From a virus (lineage: Duplodnaviria > Caudoviricetes), in IMG/VR virus record IMGVR_UViG_3300032212_000008, positions 1 to 57,482 of that record: a stretch of DNA of 57,482 nt, one strand, 5' to 3'. Below are positions 24,436 to 34,166 of this stretch, one piece after another. The notes below the pieces were generated by a model. That model was not told the DNA's origin. It was given only the letters and a program-made list of their open reading frames with translations, and searched no databases. Made by a program: the position numbers and the translations under genes. Numbering within the stretch: the first letter of the stretch is position 1; every line of letters begins with the position of its first letter.

Positions 24436-27119
24436 GGCCTGTAGCACCGCTCACCCGCGCTGTCATCGGTGCGGACTACTCGGGACTCTTCAAGGCAATC
24501 CAGAAGAGCCCTCGGCCGATTCTCGACCTCTTCCAGCTCAAGCCCACGCACCAGCAAGAAGAGCTGGTGGACTTCGTGGAGATGGAGCACCACTATGCTC
24601 CTAGGCACCGGAAGAAGCGCGCGGCGATCCGATCGGGACAAGGCACGGGCAAGTGCCAAAGGGCAGGAAAGGAATTTGCGCCCAGGATCTTCGATCCCCA
24701 CACTGGGAGCATGAGCCTTGCGACCCCTGATCTGCCCGCGAAAGTAACCGCCTGCGACCACAGCAACGGAGACCGCATGGTTTCGGCTGCTGCGACTCCA
24801 GTACCTCAGCCGAACAAGAAGGAGACCTACCGACTCGAAAACGCGCTGGGGGACGTGATCCACCCCAGCTTCGACCACCCGATCTTCACGCCGAGAGGCT
24901 ATGTGCATGCCGAGGATCTGAAGGAAGGCGACTACATCGCTACGTGCCGGAAGCTGCCGCCGCCTTCGATCTCCGTCGACCCGAAGCTCTCGGACGACGA
25001 GGTCGTGTTCCTCGCCGGGATGGTGGCCGACGGAGGGCTGACCCAGAGCTGCGTGAGGTGGACCCACCTTCCAGGGCCCTTCTTCGACGAGTTCGAGCAA
25101 ACAATCGCCAGGCTGGGACACACCTACTCGCGTTTCGAGGAGGGGAGTCGAGCAGACACGTTGCGGGTAGGTGTTACGTGCAAACCGCTGCTACAAGAAG
25201 CCGGTCTGCTGGGAGCGCTCAGCAAGGGGCGTAGGCTGCCTCCGCAAATCTTCAAGCTGCAGGACAGGCAGTTGGCCCTCTTCTTGAACGCGTTTTGGTC
25301 GTGCGACGGCTACTACGGCAAACAAGGGCCGGAGTGCGGACTCGCCAGCGAGGGGCTGATCGACGACCTGCGCGTGGTCCTGCAACGCTTCGACATAGTG
25401 GCACGTAAGCGGCACAAGAAAGCCAAGTGCCAAACGGGGGAGTTCGATGCTTGGGTGCTGACGGTAAGCGGGCCTCACGTCAAAACCTGGATGGAGCGCA
25501 TCGGCTTGTCTAAGGGGCGCGAGTTCCCCGAGTCGTGGCACGTTCGGAGCAATCCCAACGCTGATGCGTTCCCTGTGGATCGTGAGCTGTTCGAGCAACT
25601 GCTTGAGCACTTCGAGTTGACTGCTGCAGAGGCCCGAACTCGGTTCGGGCTTCGCTACCGTCCTTCTGCCGCAGCCGTGTCTCGGATGAAGGTAGAGGAA
25701 GTTGCCGAGGCGCTAGGCAAGGAACTGCCGTTCTGGACAGACATCGCATGGTCGAAGATCGTCAGCCTTGAATCAGAAGGGCTGAATGACGTGTTCGACC
25801 TGACCGTGCCTCCCTACGGCAACTTTGTGTCCAACAACTGCGTCGTCCACAACACGACCCTCATGGTCGCGCTCTCGGGATTCTGGAGACCTCTGAGAGG
25901 CAGGGACGGGCAGACGCTAGTGACCGCGCCCACGGGCCGGCAGTGCCGCGACGTGTATCTGGGGGAAGCGCGCCGACTGCTGGCAGCCGCGCCCAAGTGG
26001 TTCCAGCGCATGGTCGACATCAAGCACGACCGCATGGACTTCGCCGGCCGGAAGACGTGGGGGGTCATCACCGCGACGTCGGCGAACGATCGCAACATGC
26101 AGGGCTTCCACAACCATCTTCTCAGTGTCTATCTGGAGGAGATGTCGGGCCTGTCGGATGAGATGGTTGAGCAGTGCCAAGGCACGCTTTCAAACGCCGA
26201 CAGTTACCTCTTCGCGGCGGGGAACCCCAACCTCCGCGCCTGCAAGATGTACAAGGTCTTCTACGGGCCGGAGGCCGACGAGTGGGAGCTGTTCCACTGG
26301 AACGCGGAAGAGAGCCCCATCGCCGACAAGCGGAACCAAGAAAAGCTCGCTCGAGAGTACGGTCGGGAGAGTGACGTCTATCGCGTGCGCGTGCTGGGGG
26401 AGTTCCCCCGAGGCAACCCCGAGGCCATCATCGACGCCGACGCACTCATGGAGTGCATCGGACACGATCGCCCCGAGATGGGCATGTACCGCCCGATGGA
26501 CGGCCAGCGGACGCACTGGCAGTTTGGCATCGACCTCGCGCGCTTCGGCGGAGACGAGTCGGTGATCTGCCTGCGTCGAGGCCAGTCGGTGTACGCCCTT
26601 CGCACTTTCATGCACGCCGAGCCGGCGGACGTGATCGACTTCGCCATGGAGATGCAGGGGGAGTTGGACATCCCAGACATTGACTGCACGTACGTCATCG
26701 ACTCCGGCGGTCTGGGAGGCGGCGCGCTGCGCGACATTCACCGGGCCCGCAAGCGCGTTCACGAGTTCCACAACGGCGGCAAGTCGAGCAGCAGGGACTT
26801 CGACAACAAGATCACGGAAGCGTGGTTTTGGTTGCGAATGCTGGTCAAGGAACGCGCCATCTTCTTGCCTGTGGACAACAAGCTGCACGACCAACTCATC
26901 GGCCGCGTCTACAAGCTGACGGACACGGAGGCTAAGATGCGCGTGCGCTCGAAGGACGAGCACCGCACTTTGGGACTGGAATCGCCCGACCGGGCCGAGG
27001 CAGTCGCCTACGCCTTCTTCCCGAAGGTGACTTGCAAGCCCCTTGTCTCGAAGAACAACTCTCCCCGCCGAGCGAAGCCTACGCGCTCGCTCGGAGCAAG
27101 CCTCAGACTCGCACGGTAG
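24432..27119 (+). CDS. terL: terminase large subunit (intein-containing)
   Basis: Walker A RSGQGTGK|TT, Walker B VYLEEM, coupling motif GNP, nuclease motifs GIDLARFGGD and SPDRAEA. Confidence 0.95.
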   Translation: MRPVAPLTRAVIGADYSGLFKAIQKSPRPILDLFQLKPTHQQEELVDFVEMEHHYAPRHRKKRAAIRSGQGTGKCQRAGKEFAPRIFDPHTGSMSLATPDLPAKVTACDHSNGDRMVSAAATPVPQPNKKETYRLENALGDVIHPSFDHPIFTPRGYVHAEDLKEGDYIATCRKLPPPSISVDPKLSDDEVVFLAGMVADGGLTQSCVRWTHLPGPFFDEFEQTIARLGHTYSRFEEGSRADTLRVGVTCKPLLQEAGLLGALSKGRRLPPQIFKLQDRQLALFLNAFWSCDGYYGKQGPECGLASEGLIDDLRVVLQRFDIVARKRHKKAKCQTGEFDAWVLTVSGPHVKTWMERIGLSKGREFPESWHVRSNPNADAFPVDRELFEQLLEHFELTAAEARTRFGLRYRPSAAAVSRMKVEEVAEALGKELPFWTDIAWSKIVSLESEGLNDVFDLTVPPYGNFVSNNCVVHNTTLMVALSGFWRPLRGRDGQTLVTAPTGRQCRDVYLGEARRLLAAAPKWFQRMVDIKHDRMDFAGRKTWGVITATSANDRNMQGFHNHLLSVYLEEMSGLSDEMVEQCQGTLSNADSYLFAAGNPNLRACKMYKVFYGPEADEWELFHWNAEESPIADKRNQEKLAREYGRESDVYRVRVLGEFPRGNPEAIIDADALMECIGHDRPEMGMYRPMDGQRTHWQFGIDLARFGGDESVICLRRGQSVYALRTFMHAEPADVIDFAMEMQGELDIPDIDCTYVIDSGGLGGGALRDIHRARKRVHEFHNGGKSSSRDFDNKITEAWFWLRMLVKERAIFLPVDNKLHDQLIGRVYKLTDTEAKMRVRSKDEHRTLGLESPDRAEAVAYAFFPKVTCKPLVSKNNSPRRAKPTRSLGASLRLAR
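24654..25853 (+). mobile_element. 400-aa intein with LAGLIDADG homing endonuclease
   Basis: Starts with Cys, has DHPIFT (block B), FLAGMVADG and FLNAFWSCDG, and ends VFDLTV..NFVSNNCVVHN followed by Thr. Confidence 0.95.
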
Positions 27120-27122
27120 ACG

Positions 27123-27371
27123 ATGTCAGACAACCACAGCGGAATTCGCTGCCCTCACTGCGACAAGGGCACGCTACGTCACTCCTACACACTACGCGCC
27201 GGAGACTACACTCGAGTTCGACGAGTCAAGTGCGACCACTGCGAGGCCGTTTGTTCCGTGGTGGCCTTCGTCGTTGATATGCCGGGAACCAAGAAGCTCG
27301 CCACCGAGATCAGGAAGAGGGAGGCTCGTCCTGTGATGGCGGGGCGCCGGGTGTATCCGAGTCTCGAATGA
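27123..27371 (+). CDS. Ogr/Delta-like Zn-finger protein (putative transcription regulator)
   Basis: CPHC...RRVKCDHC in 82 aa. Confidence 0.55.
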   Translation: MSDNHSGIRCPHCDKGTLRHSYTLRAGDYTRVRRVKCDHCEAVCSVVAFVVDMPGTKKLATEIRKREARPVMAGRRVYPSLE

Positions 27372-27413
27372 AAGAGCCCCGTACCAACAAGGGGATCACG
27401 ATGGTACGGGGCT
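27371..27413 (-). terminator. hairpin terminator between convergent operons
   Basis: Perfect 12-bp IR AGCCCCGTACCA (27375-27386) / TGGTACGGGGCT (27402-27413); CUUU follows on the minus strand. Confidence 0.65.
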
Positions 27414-27460
27414 GCGACACAGTACGAACGAAAGTCGGCGAATGGCTTAGAGGTTCGCGC

Positions 27461-29878
27461 CTACGCCGGAGTGAACTCGAAGGCCGTGATCTCGTCAAGG
27501 CTGGGGCTCTCCCCGGCTCCCGTAGGCTGGACCTTCACGGCGACGGACTGCCCGCTTTGCAGGAGAGCTGCGCTCACCTGAGGTACCCAGTTTTGGTTCT
27601 CGACAAGGTAGACCTGGGCTCCAGCTGCGTGCGCAGCCTCGCTCGTGCCCGCCTGGGCCCGAACGAGTCCTAGGAGCTCGGCCCCCAGTCCCGTGACGTT
27701 CACCCCCGAGCAGAAGAAGACCTCCTCGTCGATGATTGCCAGGAGCTTGCCTGCAGCCGCTCCAGTGGCGTCTCCCGTGAGATCAGGCACCTGAGCGATG
27801 TCGGGGCCCTCGACGGTGATGGAGACGCCAGAGACGCTCCCAGAGGCTGCGATGGGGGACGAGAGGGTGCCGCCGGTAGCGTAGTTCGGCTCCGCACCGA
27901 TCGGAGTGTAGCTCAAACCCCCCAGGGACAGGTTCAGGAGGGCCGTCGAGGTGGTCGTTGACCCCCTGATCCACAGCAGGACGGCCTCGACCCCTGCGGA
28001 GGTGACGGTCAGGGACGATGACGGCTCCCAGAGCCTCGCTTGGGCCACAGAGGAGGCGGCGACCGTAGAAGGGGTCCCTAGCAGGTCCTGGAGCGACGAG
28101 GGGGCTGTAGGCACCAGGTACCCGTCAGGTTGAGCGAGGATCTCGGCCCCAGGGCCGTTGGGATCGGGCGTGGATTCGAGCACCAAAGCGGGCAGAGGGT
28201 ACCCGGGGACTCGGATCACGTCACCCGGGCGGAGGCGCCGACCTTCGTACCCGACAGTCGGGGCCAGCTGGTCGAGCGACCCGAGATACTCCTTTGATCG
28301 ACGTTGGGCGATCACCGCAGCAGAGTCAAAGTCGACGACAGAGGGGATAGAAGTGCGATCCGCTCCTTCGTAGTTCGCCAGTTCCGCCTGGCCATCGTTT
28401 CCAATGACGATGGGCTCGTCTCTATAGTTGCTGTACCTGTTCTTGAACGTGAAAACTCGACGGTTCACCCGAGCGGCCAGGATCGTGCTGCGTATCTCGG
28501 CCAGGTTTCCCTGAATGGCGGACTCTGGAATGTCCGTGATCTCAGATTCGTCCACGGGACGCATGGGCTTGAACTCAAGCAGACCCGAGTCGGGGTTGAG
28601 TCGGCAGAGCACGCCCAGATCGAGTAGGAGTTCGTCAATCACCGATTGAGCGGTTTGCCCTGTCTCCGCATTGACGCGGCCTCGGATACCTTCTGCGATA
28701 ACCAGGTCAGACAGTGACTTGACGGATTCGAGGCTCCAGAGCGACTCATCCAGCCCGATACCGTTCGGGAAGTCCGAGAACAGTATCTGCGAGATCATGT
28801 AGGCGTGGTTCGCTCCATTGCTGTCGTTCTCGGAGACGGGTACTAGCGACCCGTAAGTGTTGGAGATCTTGGGCGTGTCACCGTTGAACGAGCACGTAGC
28901 GAACGGATCAACGAGGTTAACGGGAAGACTGGCCCCGACCTTGATCTCGGTTACTATCTCAGAAGCAGCAAACGCAGCGTTTGCTGTGTACTGAGTTGAC
29001 GTCGCACCTCCGCTACACGGATATACAGACGTGACTAGGTTGGTGTCTTTGGCCTCGACGAGGTTAACCGAGAGCACTGAGTATTCCGTTCCTGTAGGAA
29101 TGCCCGTGTTCGACGTGCCGTTGATGATGACTTTGGACGGAGAGGCGAGATCGGCCAGCTGATCTCCCTTCAGGTAGAACGCGCTGGCCGCTGTACTGAT
29201 ACCGGCTATAGCCTTGGCCTTGTCCGGCTTAGCGACTGGTTGGCCTTCAAACCACGCGTTCTCTAGGGACAGATTCGACGAGTAGTTGGTCGGTTCGACC
29301 TCTACCTCGTAGTCCGTCACCGGCCATTGAGCTACTTGACCCAACCGGCGCTCAAGCCAGTTGATGCGGAACATGAATGGCCATCGAGAGGCAACGCCGA
29401 GCCTGCTGGAGTCGGCCAGCCACGTGTCGATAGGGTCGTCCTCAAGCCCCCAATAGATCTGAAACCTTCCCTCTGTCCCTAGGTTGATCTCAGACCCTGA
29501 AGGAAAAGTCGAAGGAGACAGAGGGCCTTCGAAGATAGTCTCGCCTTGCGTGATGATCCTACGAAGCGCCCGCCCAGGGCCCACCCCTAGGACATGCACT
29601 CCTTCTTCGTAGTAGATCGTGGACGTGCCGCCTGAGCCGGCACCGAATCCTTTACCGCTGGCCTTGATGGGTTCCGTTTTAGTGGTGCGTGCCCCCCACC
29701 AGGGATGAATAGGGCCCACCCGTCCAGCACCTAGCACCAGAGGGATGTAGGAGCCCAGGGCCGCCAAGGTCGTCGGCGTGTCGTCGAAGGAGTCTTCGGC
29801 TTTCTTTTGAAAGAGCAGCCCTGAGAGGATCCTACCTCCGATCGCGATGGCTAGTTTTGTTGCCGGATCAATAGGCAT
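27461..29878 (-). CDS. tail tip / host-specificity protein (lambda J / GTA-like)
   Basis: IPLVLG, NHAYMISQIL..GIGL, LRPGDVI motifs; last gene of the tail-tip cluster. Confidence 0.8.
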   Translation of the reverse strand: MPIDPATKLAIAIGGRILSGLLFQKKAEDSFDDTPTTLAALGSYIPLVLGAGRVGPIHPWWGARTTKTEPIKASGKGFGAGSGGTSTIYYEEGVHVLGVGPGRALRRIITQGETIFEGPLSPSTFPSGSEINLGTEGRFQIYWGLEDDPIDTWLADSSRLGVASRWPFMFRINWLERRLGQVAQWPVTDYEVEVEPTNYSSNLSLENAWFEGQPVAKPDKAKAIAGISTAASAFYLKGDQLADLASPSKVIINGTSNTGIPTGTEYSVLSVNLVEAKDTNLVTSVYPCSGGATSTQYTANAAFAASEIVTEIKVGASLPVNLVDPFATCSFNGDTPKISNTYGSLVPVSENDSNGANHAYMISQILFSDFPNGIGLDESLWSLESVKSLSDLVIAEGIRGRVNAETGQTAQSVIDELLLDLGVLCRLNPDSGLLEFKPMRPVDESEITDIPESAIQGNLAEIRSTILAARVNRRVFTFKNRYSNYRDEPIVIGNDGQAELANYEGADRTSIPSVVDFDSAAVIAQRRSKEYLGSLDQLAPTVGYEGRRLRPGDVIRVPGYPLPALVLESTPDPNGPGAEILAQPDGYLVPTAPSSLQDLLGTPSTVAASSVAQARLWEPSSSLTVTSAGVEAVLLWIRGSTTTSTALLNLSLGGLSYTPIGAEPNYATGGTLSSPIAASGSVSGVSITVEGPDIAQVPDLTGDATGAAAGKLLAIIDEEVFFCSGVNVTGLGAELLGLVRAQAGTSEAAHAAGAQVYLVENQNWVPQVSAALLQSGQSVAVKVQPTGAGESPSLDEITAFEFTPA

Positions 29879-30404
29879 CGGGTACCTCCAGCCAGATGCC
29901 GGGGTCGGCGCACCGGTAGACGTGCTTCAACTCTTGGTAGTCCTGGAGCAGGCCGACTCCGGTGTAGTGAACGCCGGAGTTTTGAACACAGTGAATCAGC
30001 GTGTTGGGCCTGTCTCCGACCATGATCGCATGTCCGGGCCCTCCGTTTCGGGGGCCCACGCCGAGGACGTCGCCGGGGTGCAGACAGTCGAAGGTGGCGT
30101 GCTTTGACCACTCAGGATACGCCTCCATCAACATACGCATGCCTGCCATCGCGGTGCGCTTGCTGTGGAAAGCTACGTCTTGAGGCAGAGAGGAACGCAT
30201 GTACTCCCTGGAGGTCAACTCGTTAGCTACGCCGATCAGAAAGCCCACGCAGTCGGCGAACTTGCCCTTGGTTGACTGGCCCTGCATGTAGTGCGTGCCT
30301 TCCCACGATCTGAGCACATTTCCCAGGTGAGCTTGGGCCGTTGTGTTGTCCAGGCGCCTCCACGGGGGAAGCGGCTTCATTTTGAGCTTGCGACGGACCG
30401 GCAT
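29868..30404 (-). CDS. NlpC/P60-family tail assembly protein
   Basis: W.GT.Y, DCVGF, PGDVL, GHA, LIH; position between hub and J. Confidence 0.85.
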   Translation of the reverse strand: MPVRRKLKMKPLPPWRRLDNTTAQAHLGNVLRSWEGTHYMQGQSTKGKFADCVGFLIGVANELTSREYMRSSLPQDVAFHSKRTAMAGMRMLMEAYPEWSKHATFDCLHPGDVLGVGPRNGGPGHAIMVGDRPNTLIHCVQNSGVHYTGVGLLQDYQELKHVYRCADPGIWLEVPDAY

Positions 30405-31255
30405 CAGTTGCCTCCTGTTTCAAACTGAGGAGTGTACGAGGGGATTTCTTTGCCGATACCGCAGAAGGTTCTCGTGTCTGTGAGGCGCTCCTCGCACGCC
30501 TCAACGGTGTTCAGGCATCCTGCTTTTAGTGCGGCTGTTTCGCCTACCCAATCGTCAGGGGGCAGAAGGCCCACGTAGAAGGCGCCCGGCACGTCGGACG
30601 TCCAGTAGAGGATAGGGACTAGCACGCCTCCCACCTTGATACTGCCGTTGGTGAACCACTGATCCGGAGTGGGTTGGTCCACTAGCTCTCCTACCGACGG
30701 CTGCGCCTGCACGGTTGTGGGCACGTTGGAGAGTGTGACGATTCGGTTGGTCTTGTCGATGGAGGACACGACCGTTTCATATTCGAAGTTGCTGCCGGTG
30801 GCGTCGCACCCTCGACCCGTGAATCTCCAAGGGCACTCTCTTAAGAGAGGGATGCCCAGAGGCACGTCAAGGAGCGACTTCTCGGACAGACACTCCACGG
30901 ACACTCTGGAGGCGAGCCCGTCTGAGTTTTGGATGACCTGGAACACCACGCCGCGAAACAGTGAGGATTGAGCCTCTAGCTGACCTTGAGCGTTGAAGAC
31001 TAGCTCCGCCACCCGGATGCGAACTTTTGGGTACTGGCCTTGAGGGAGCAGAGACTCGAAGAATGAGTCTCTAGGCATGCTCAGAGTTGCTTCTTCCTCT
31101 TGCAGCGTTCCAGTCAGTGTCCCGGTGTCTACCTCGATAGCGGGGTCAGAACTGTAGCCCTCGAAGTCTTCCGTCCAGTTGGTGTACCTGTACGGAGTGT
31201 CCTGGTAGATAAACTCTATCAGGTGATATATGGATTTGCTTTCGTCTGACGTCAT
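30404..31255 (-). CDS. tail hub protein (DUF2163/BR0599, lambda L-like)
   Basis: RYTNW, CPW...C, AGC..T..AC..R...F.G Cys pattern. Confidence 0.8.
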   Translation of the reverse strand: MTSDESKSIYHLIEFIYQDTPYRYTNWTEDFEGYSSDPAIEVDTGTLTGTLQEEEATLSMPRDSFFESLLPQGQYPKVRIRVAELVFNAQGQLEAQSSLFRGVVFQVIQNSDGLASRVSVECLSEKSLLDVPLGIPLLRECPWRFTGRGCDATGSNFEYETVVSSIDKTNRIVTLSNVPTTVQAQPSVGELVDQPTPDQWFTNGSIKVGGVLVPILYWTSDVPGAFYVGLLPPDDWVGETAALKAGCLNTVEACEERLTDTRTFCGIGKEIPSYTPQFETGGN

Positions 31256-33012
31256 AGTAGATCGACCCCTCCAGGATCGACGTTCTCTACTGTGGAGAAG
31301 GACACCTGTACCGTATCAGGAGCCACCCAGGTCTCTTCTAGCGTATCGTTGTCGAAGAATCCAAGCCTAGCAGGGAAAACAGAGACTACGTCTGCCTCTG
31401 AGTAAGTGCTGTTGTCGAACGCTTCGGTAACTACCACTAGCCAGGACACGGACTGGTCGCTGATCGTGGATACTTGACGTATGACGAAGCTGCCATCATT
31501 AAACAACACGGCCACGTACCCTGAATGGGCCAGACGCTGTTGGAATTTGGCGTACGACGTGCCTGGCTTCAGGAACAGGCTGGTGCTATTGGAGATGCCA
31601 AAGGAATCGAACGTGGCCGAATGGTCGGGGAACACGAAAGGCAGCCATCGTCCTCTACGGCCGTCGAACAGCTCCGTGAGGGACTGCCACTCTGCACGCG
31701 TGAGAGTCATGGGCCATGACTGTACGTACTCGTATCTTTCTCCCTGACCTTCGAGCACGATCGACCGGCCTGATTGCACGAGCAGGGACGGGCGGCGGAG
31801 GCTTCCCGTTATTTGACTGCTCGCATCAGGGGCCAAAAGCAGCTCGGGCGTTGAAGCAGTGTCCGGCAGTGACGCTGGCGCTAGAGACGATTTCGACAGT
31901 ACCTCGATGGCGTCGATAAAGACCGAGACGCCGTCTTTTCGCAGGAACTCTTTTCTGGGTTCTGTTACGATTTCACACAGTAAGACAGGGACTGCAAACC
32001 ATCTCTTGTTCGTGAAGCTCAGGGACGGGAACGAGTCTGCATCGAGAGTCAGGCCCGATGCCTGCACAGAGAGGATGTTGTAGTAGAGGACATCCTCGGT
32101 AGCGTCCAGCTTCCCCTCAGCGTCGATAGCGAACAACGCTACTGCTCCGTTGGCTCTGAACCTCCGGTTGGTCGTGTCTATTGTGACTTGCTCGGAAGTA
32201 GCAGCGTCTGACAGCAGTGCGGTTACTGAGCTGAACAGGACGTCATCTTCGCTCCAGAGCAATGCCGTGCCGTCTCCTGAGGGTTTTAGTTCGGATACGT
32301 CTGCGTAGATAGGCAGGAGCTGCTTCGAGCCTGTCATGTCCCGAAGGGCTTGCTCGAGCTCGTTCAATTCGTCGTCGTCGCAAACGGTCCAGGCGAACGA
32401 CAGCTCGCGCTGAGGCTTGGATTGAAGGCTGACTCGTTCAATCTTTCCGGCCGTAGGGGAGCGCCGAGACGTCGTCTGCCATGAGGTGAGCAGTCTGAAT
32501 GCCACGGCCCAGTTCTTCAGGAACAGCGAACCTCCGCCGCTGATGGGAGTCTTAGGCGCACTGACTGCACTCTCTTGGCCTAGCAGGAACTCGGCACCTA
32601 GCTTTTCGAGCTGCAGGGAGCCTTGGTGCCCTCCTTCAGCTCCCGTGAGGGCAGAAGCAGATACGTTATGCTTCTGGAACCTCTGATCTGATAGTGCCAC
32701 GAAGCTGACAAGGGCCTGAGCGCCTAGCTCCTGGAGCTGCAAGGCGGAGGAGACGGAGGCGTCGGACCCTGTCGACGCGGCTGCCGACGTGACGTGCTTG
32801 AGCAGTTGCCGGGCGCCGCTGGCATTGACCAGAACCTGGCCCTTCAACTCAGACACCTGCAGCGAGGGGGTCACGCCCGAATCAGCCCCCGAGGGCGCGG
32901 CGGCGGCAACGGCGTGGCGTTCGAGTTCGTTCAAATTGAGCACCCGCGCAAGGGCCTGGCCGCGCAGCTCTTCAAGCCGCACGGGGGTTAGAGATACGGG
33001 CTTGTCGACCAC
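31252..33012 (-). CDS. distal tail protein-like with N-terminal repeats
   Basis: LFDGRRGRWLPFVFP motif; located between tape measure and hub. Confidence 0.6.
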   Translation of the reverse strand: MVDKPVSLTPVRLEELRGQALARVLNLNELERHAVAAAAPSGADSGVTPSLQVSELKGQVLVNASGARQLLKHVTSAAASTGSDASVSSALQLQELGAQALVSFVALSDQRFQKHNVSASALTGAEGGHQGSLQLEKLGAEFLLGQESAVSAPKTPISGGGSLFLKNWAVAFRLLTSWQTTSRRSPTAGKIERVSLQSKPQRELSFAWTVCDDDELNELEQALRDMTGSKQLLPIYADVSELKPSGDGTALLWSEDDVLFSSVTALLSDAATSEQVTIDTTNRRFRANGAVALFAIDAEGKLDATEDVLYYNILSVQASGLTLDADSFPSLSFTNKRWFAVPVLLCEIVTEPRKEFLRKDGVSVFIDAIEVLSKSSLAPASLPDTASTPELLLAPDASSQITGSLRRPSLLVQSGRSIVLEGQGERYEYVQSWPMTLTRAEWQSLTELFDGRRGRWLPFVFPDHSATFDSFGISNSTSLFLKPGTSYAKFQQRLAHSGYVAVLFNDGSFVIRQVSTISDQSVSWLVVVTEAFDNSTYSEADVVSVFPARLGFFDNDTLEETWVAPDTVQVSFSTVENVDPGGVDLL

Positions 33013-34166
33013 TAGCTAACCAGCTTCAGCCCGAACTCCCCTGAGTTCAGAACTGCTTTGGTCCAAGACGAGGCATCCAACGGATTGTTCGTTCTGGTAG
33101 ACGCCTTGCTTGTGCCTTGAAGGGTGAATGCCGAGGTGAAGTCGGCGTTGGTGCCCGAAGAGATGGCATCGTCCCGGTAGATTTGAGAGTAGGTGCCGTT
33201 CCCCACTACAGGCTCCGTGATCCACGATCGCTGCTGTACTGCTTCGATGACCTGGGACGCTCCGATGTTGGAGCCGATGTCGTCGTGCTCGTACAGGTCT
33301 TTAGTGTCGGCACTGGAGGCCGCCACGCTGTTGTTGTCTAGGCTTCCCGCGTTGTCGGCATCGGTGTCGTCCACCATTGTGTAGTTGTCTGCACCTGCAG
33401 ACGTGGGCGTCCACTCCGACAGAGTGCCGACAGCACTGGGACCTAGAGTCAGCACATGCCTTTGCGGAGAGAAGAGCGCAGTGTCGTTGGCGACCACTAG
33501 GTTGTCGAGCACCAGTCCGTTGAGCCACAGAAAGCGTAGATTCTGCTGAGCGACGCTGCCGGGGTCGGTGGCGACACCGGTCAGGTTCTGGTCGATGATC
33601 TTTTCTCCGAACTCGTTGAACACCTCTAGCTCAACCACGCCCCCTGATGCTGCGAATTCAACACGCAGCTTGACGTGATACCAGGTGTTCGCCAAGAGCT
33701 GCCCCTGCGTAGGCAAAGGGGCCAGGAGGGACTGATAGCCTCCCGACCCGTTGGTCGATTGCACTGAGAGCTGAAACCCGCCGGGCTCGGTTGTCTCGAA
33801 CGTGGACTTGTTCATCGTCAGGCGAAGACCTGACGGTATCTCGAACATTACGTGAGACGTGAGGTTGTTGAGCGTGGCCCCCGTGATGCCGTCCACTTCT
33901 TTTTTGAAGTCGAACTCTACGTGCCAGTTATCACTGCTGAGGGCTGTCGACCATAGACCGATGCCGTAGTTGAGTTGGATCTGGCCGGCAAAAGCGGAGG
34001 TTGAGGTCTTCATCCGAACCGCGTTACCGAGGTGTCGACCTTCGACAAGCTCGAACAGCGTTCCTACGGAGCTAGGGAACAAGAAGCCTGAAGCGCCTTG
34101 CACGTCGGAGAGATCGCCTGCGATCTCCACGAGTTCCTCGAACCCGACCATGAATTGAATGGCCAT
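33012..34166 (-). CDS. virion structural protein (LamG/ConA-like beta sandwich), paralog 2
   Basis: MAIQFMVGFE start, NTWYHVKL, LDNLVV, WT..LNSGEFG end. Confidence 0.65.
   Translation of the reverse strand: MAIQFMVGFEELVEIAGDLSDVQGASGFLFPSSVGTLFELVEGRHLGNAVRMKTSTSAFAGQIQLNYGIGLWSTALSSDNWHVEFDFKKEVDGITGATLNNLTSHVMFEIPSGLRLTMNKSTFETTEPGGFQLSVQSTNGSGGYQSLLAPLPTQGQLLANTWYHVKLRVEFAASGGVVELEVFNEFGEKIIDQNLTGVATDPGSVAQQNLRFLWLNGLVLDNLVVANDTALFSPQRHVLTLGPSAVGTLSEWTPTSAGADNYTMVDDTDADNAGSLDNNSVAASSADTKDLYEHDDIGSNIGASQVIEAVQQRSWITEPVVGNGTYSQIYRDDAISSGTNADFTSAFTLQGTSKASTRTNNPLDASSWTKAVLNSGEFGLKLVS

Noticed and set aside
27414-27450. HDV-like ribozyme suggested by GGCGAATGG after a small hairpin
   Set aside because: I could not build P1, P2 and P3 or the conserved L3.
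29868-30404. NlpC/P60 gene as the endolysin
   Set aside because: It sits in the conserved hub-NlpC-J tail-tip position and is more likely a tail assembly protein, though a lytic role is not strictly excluded.
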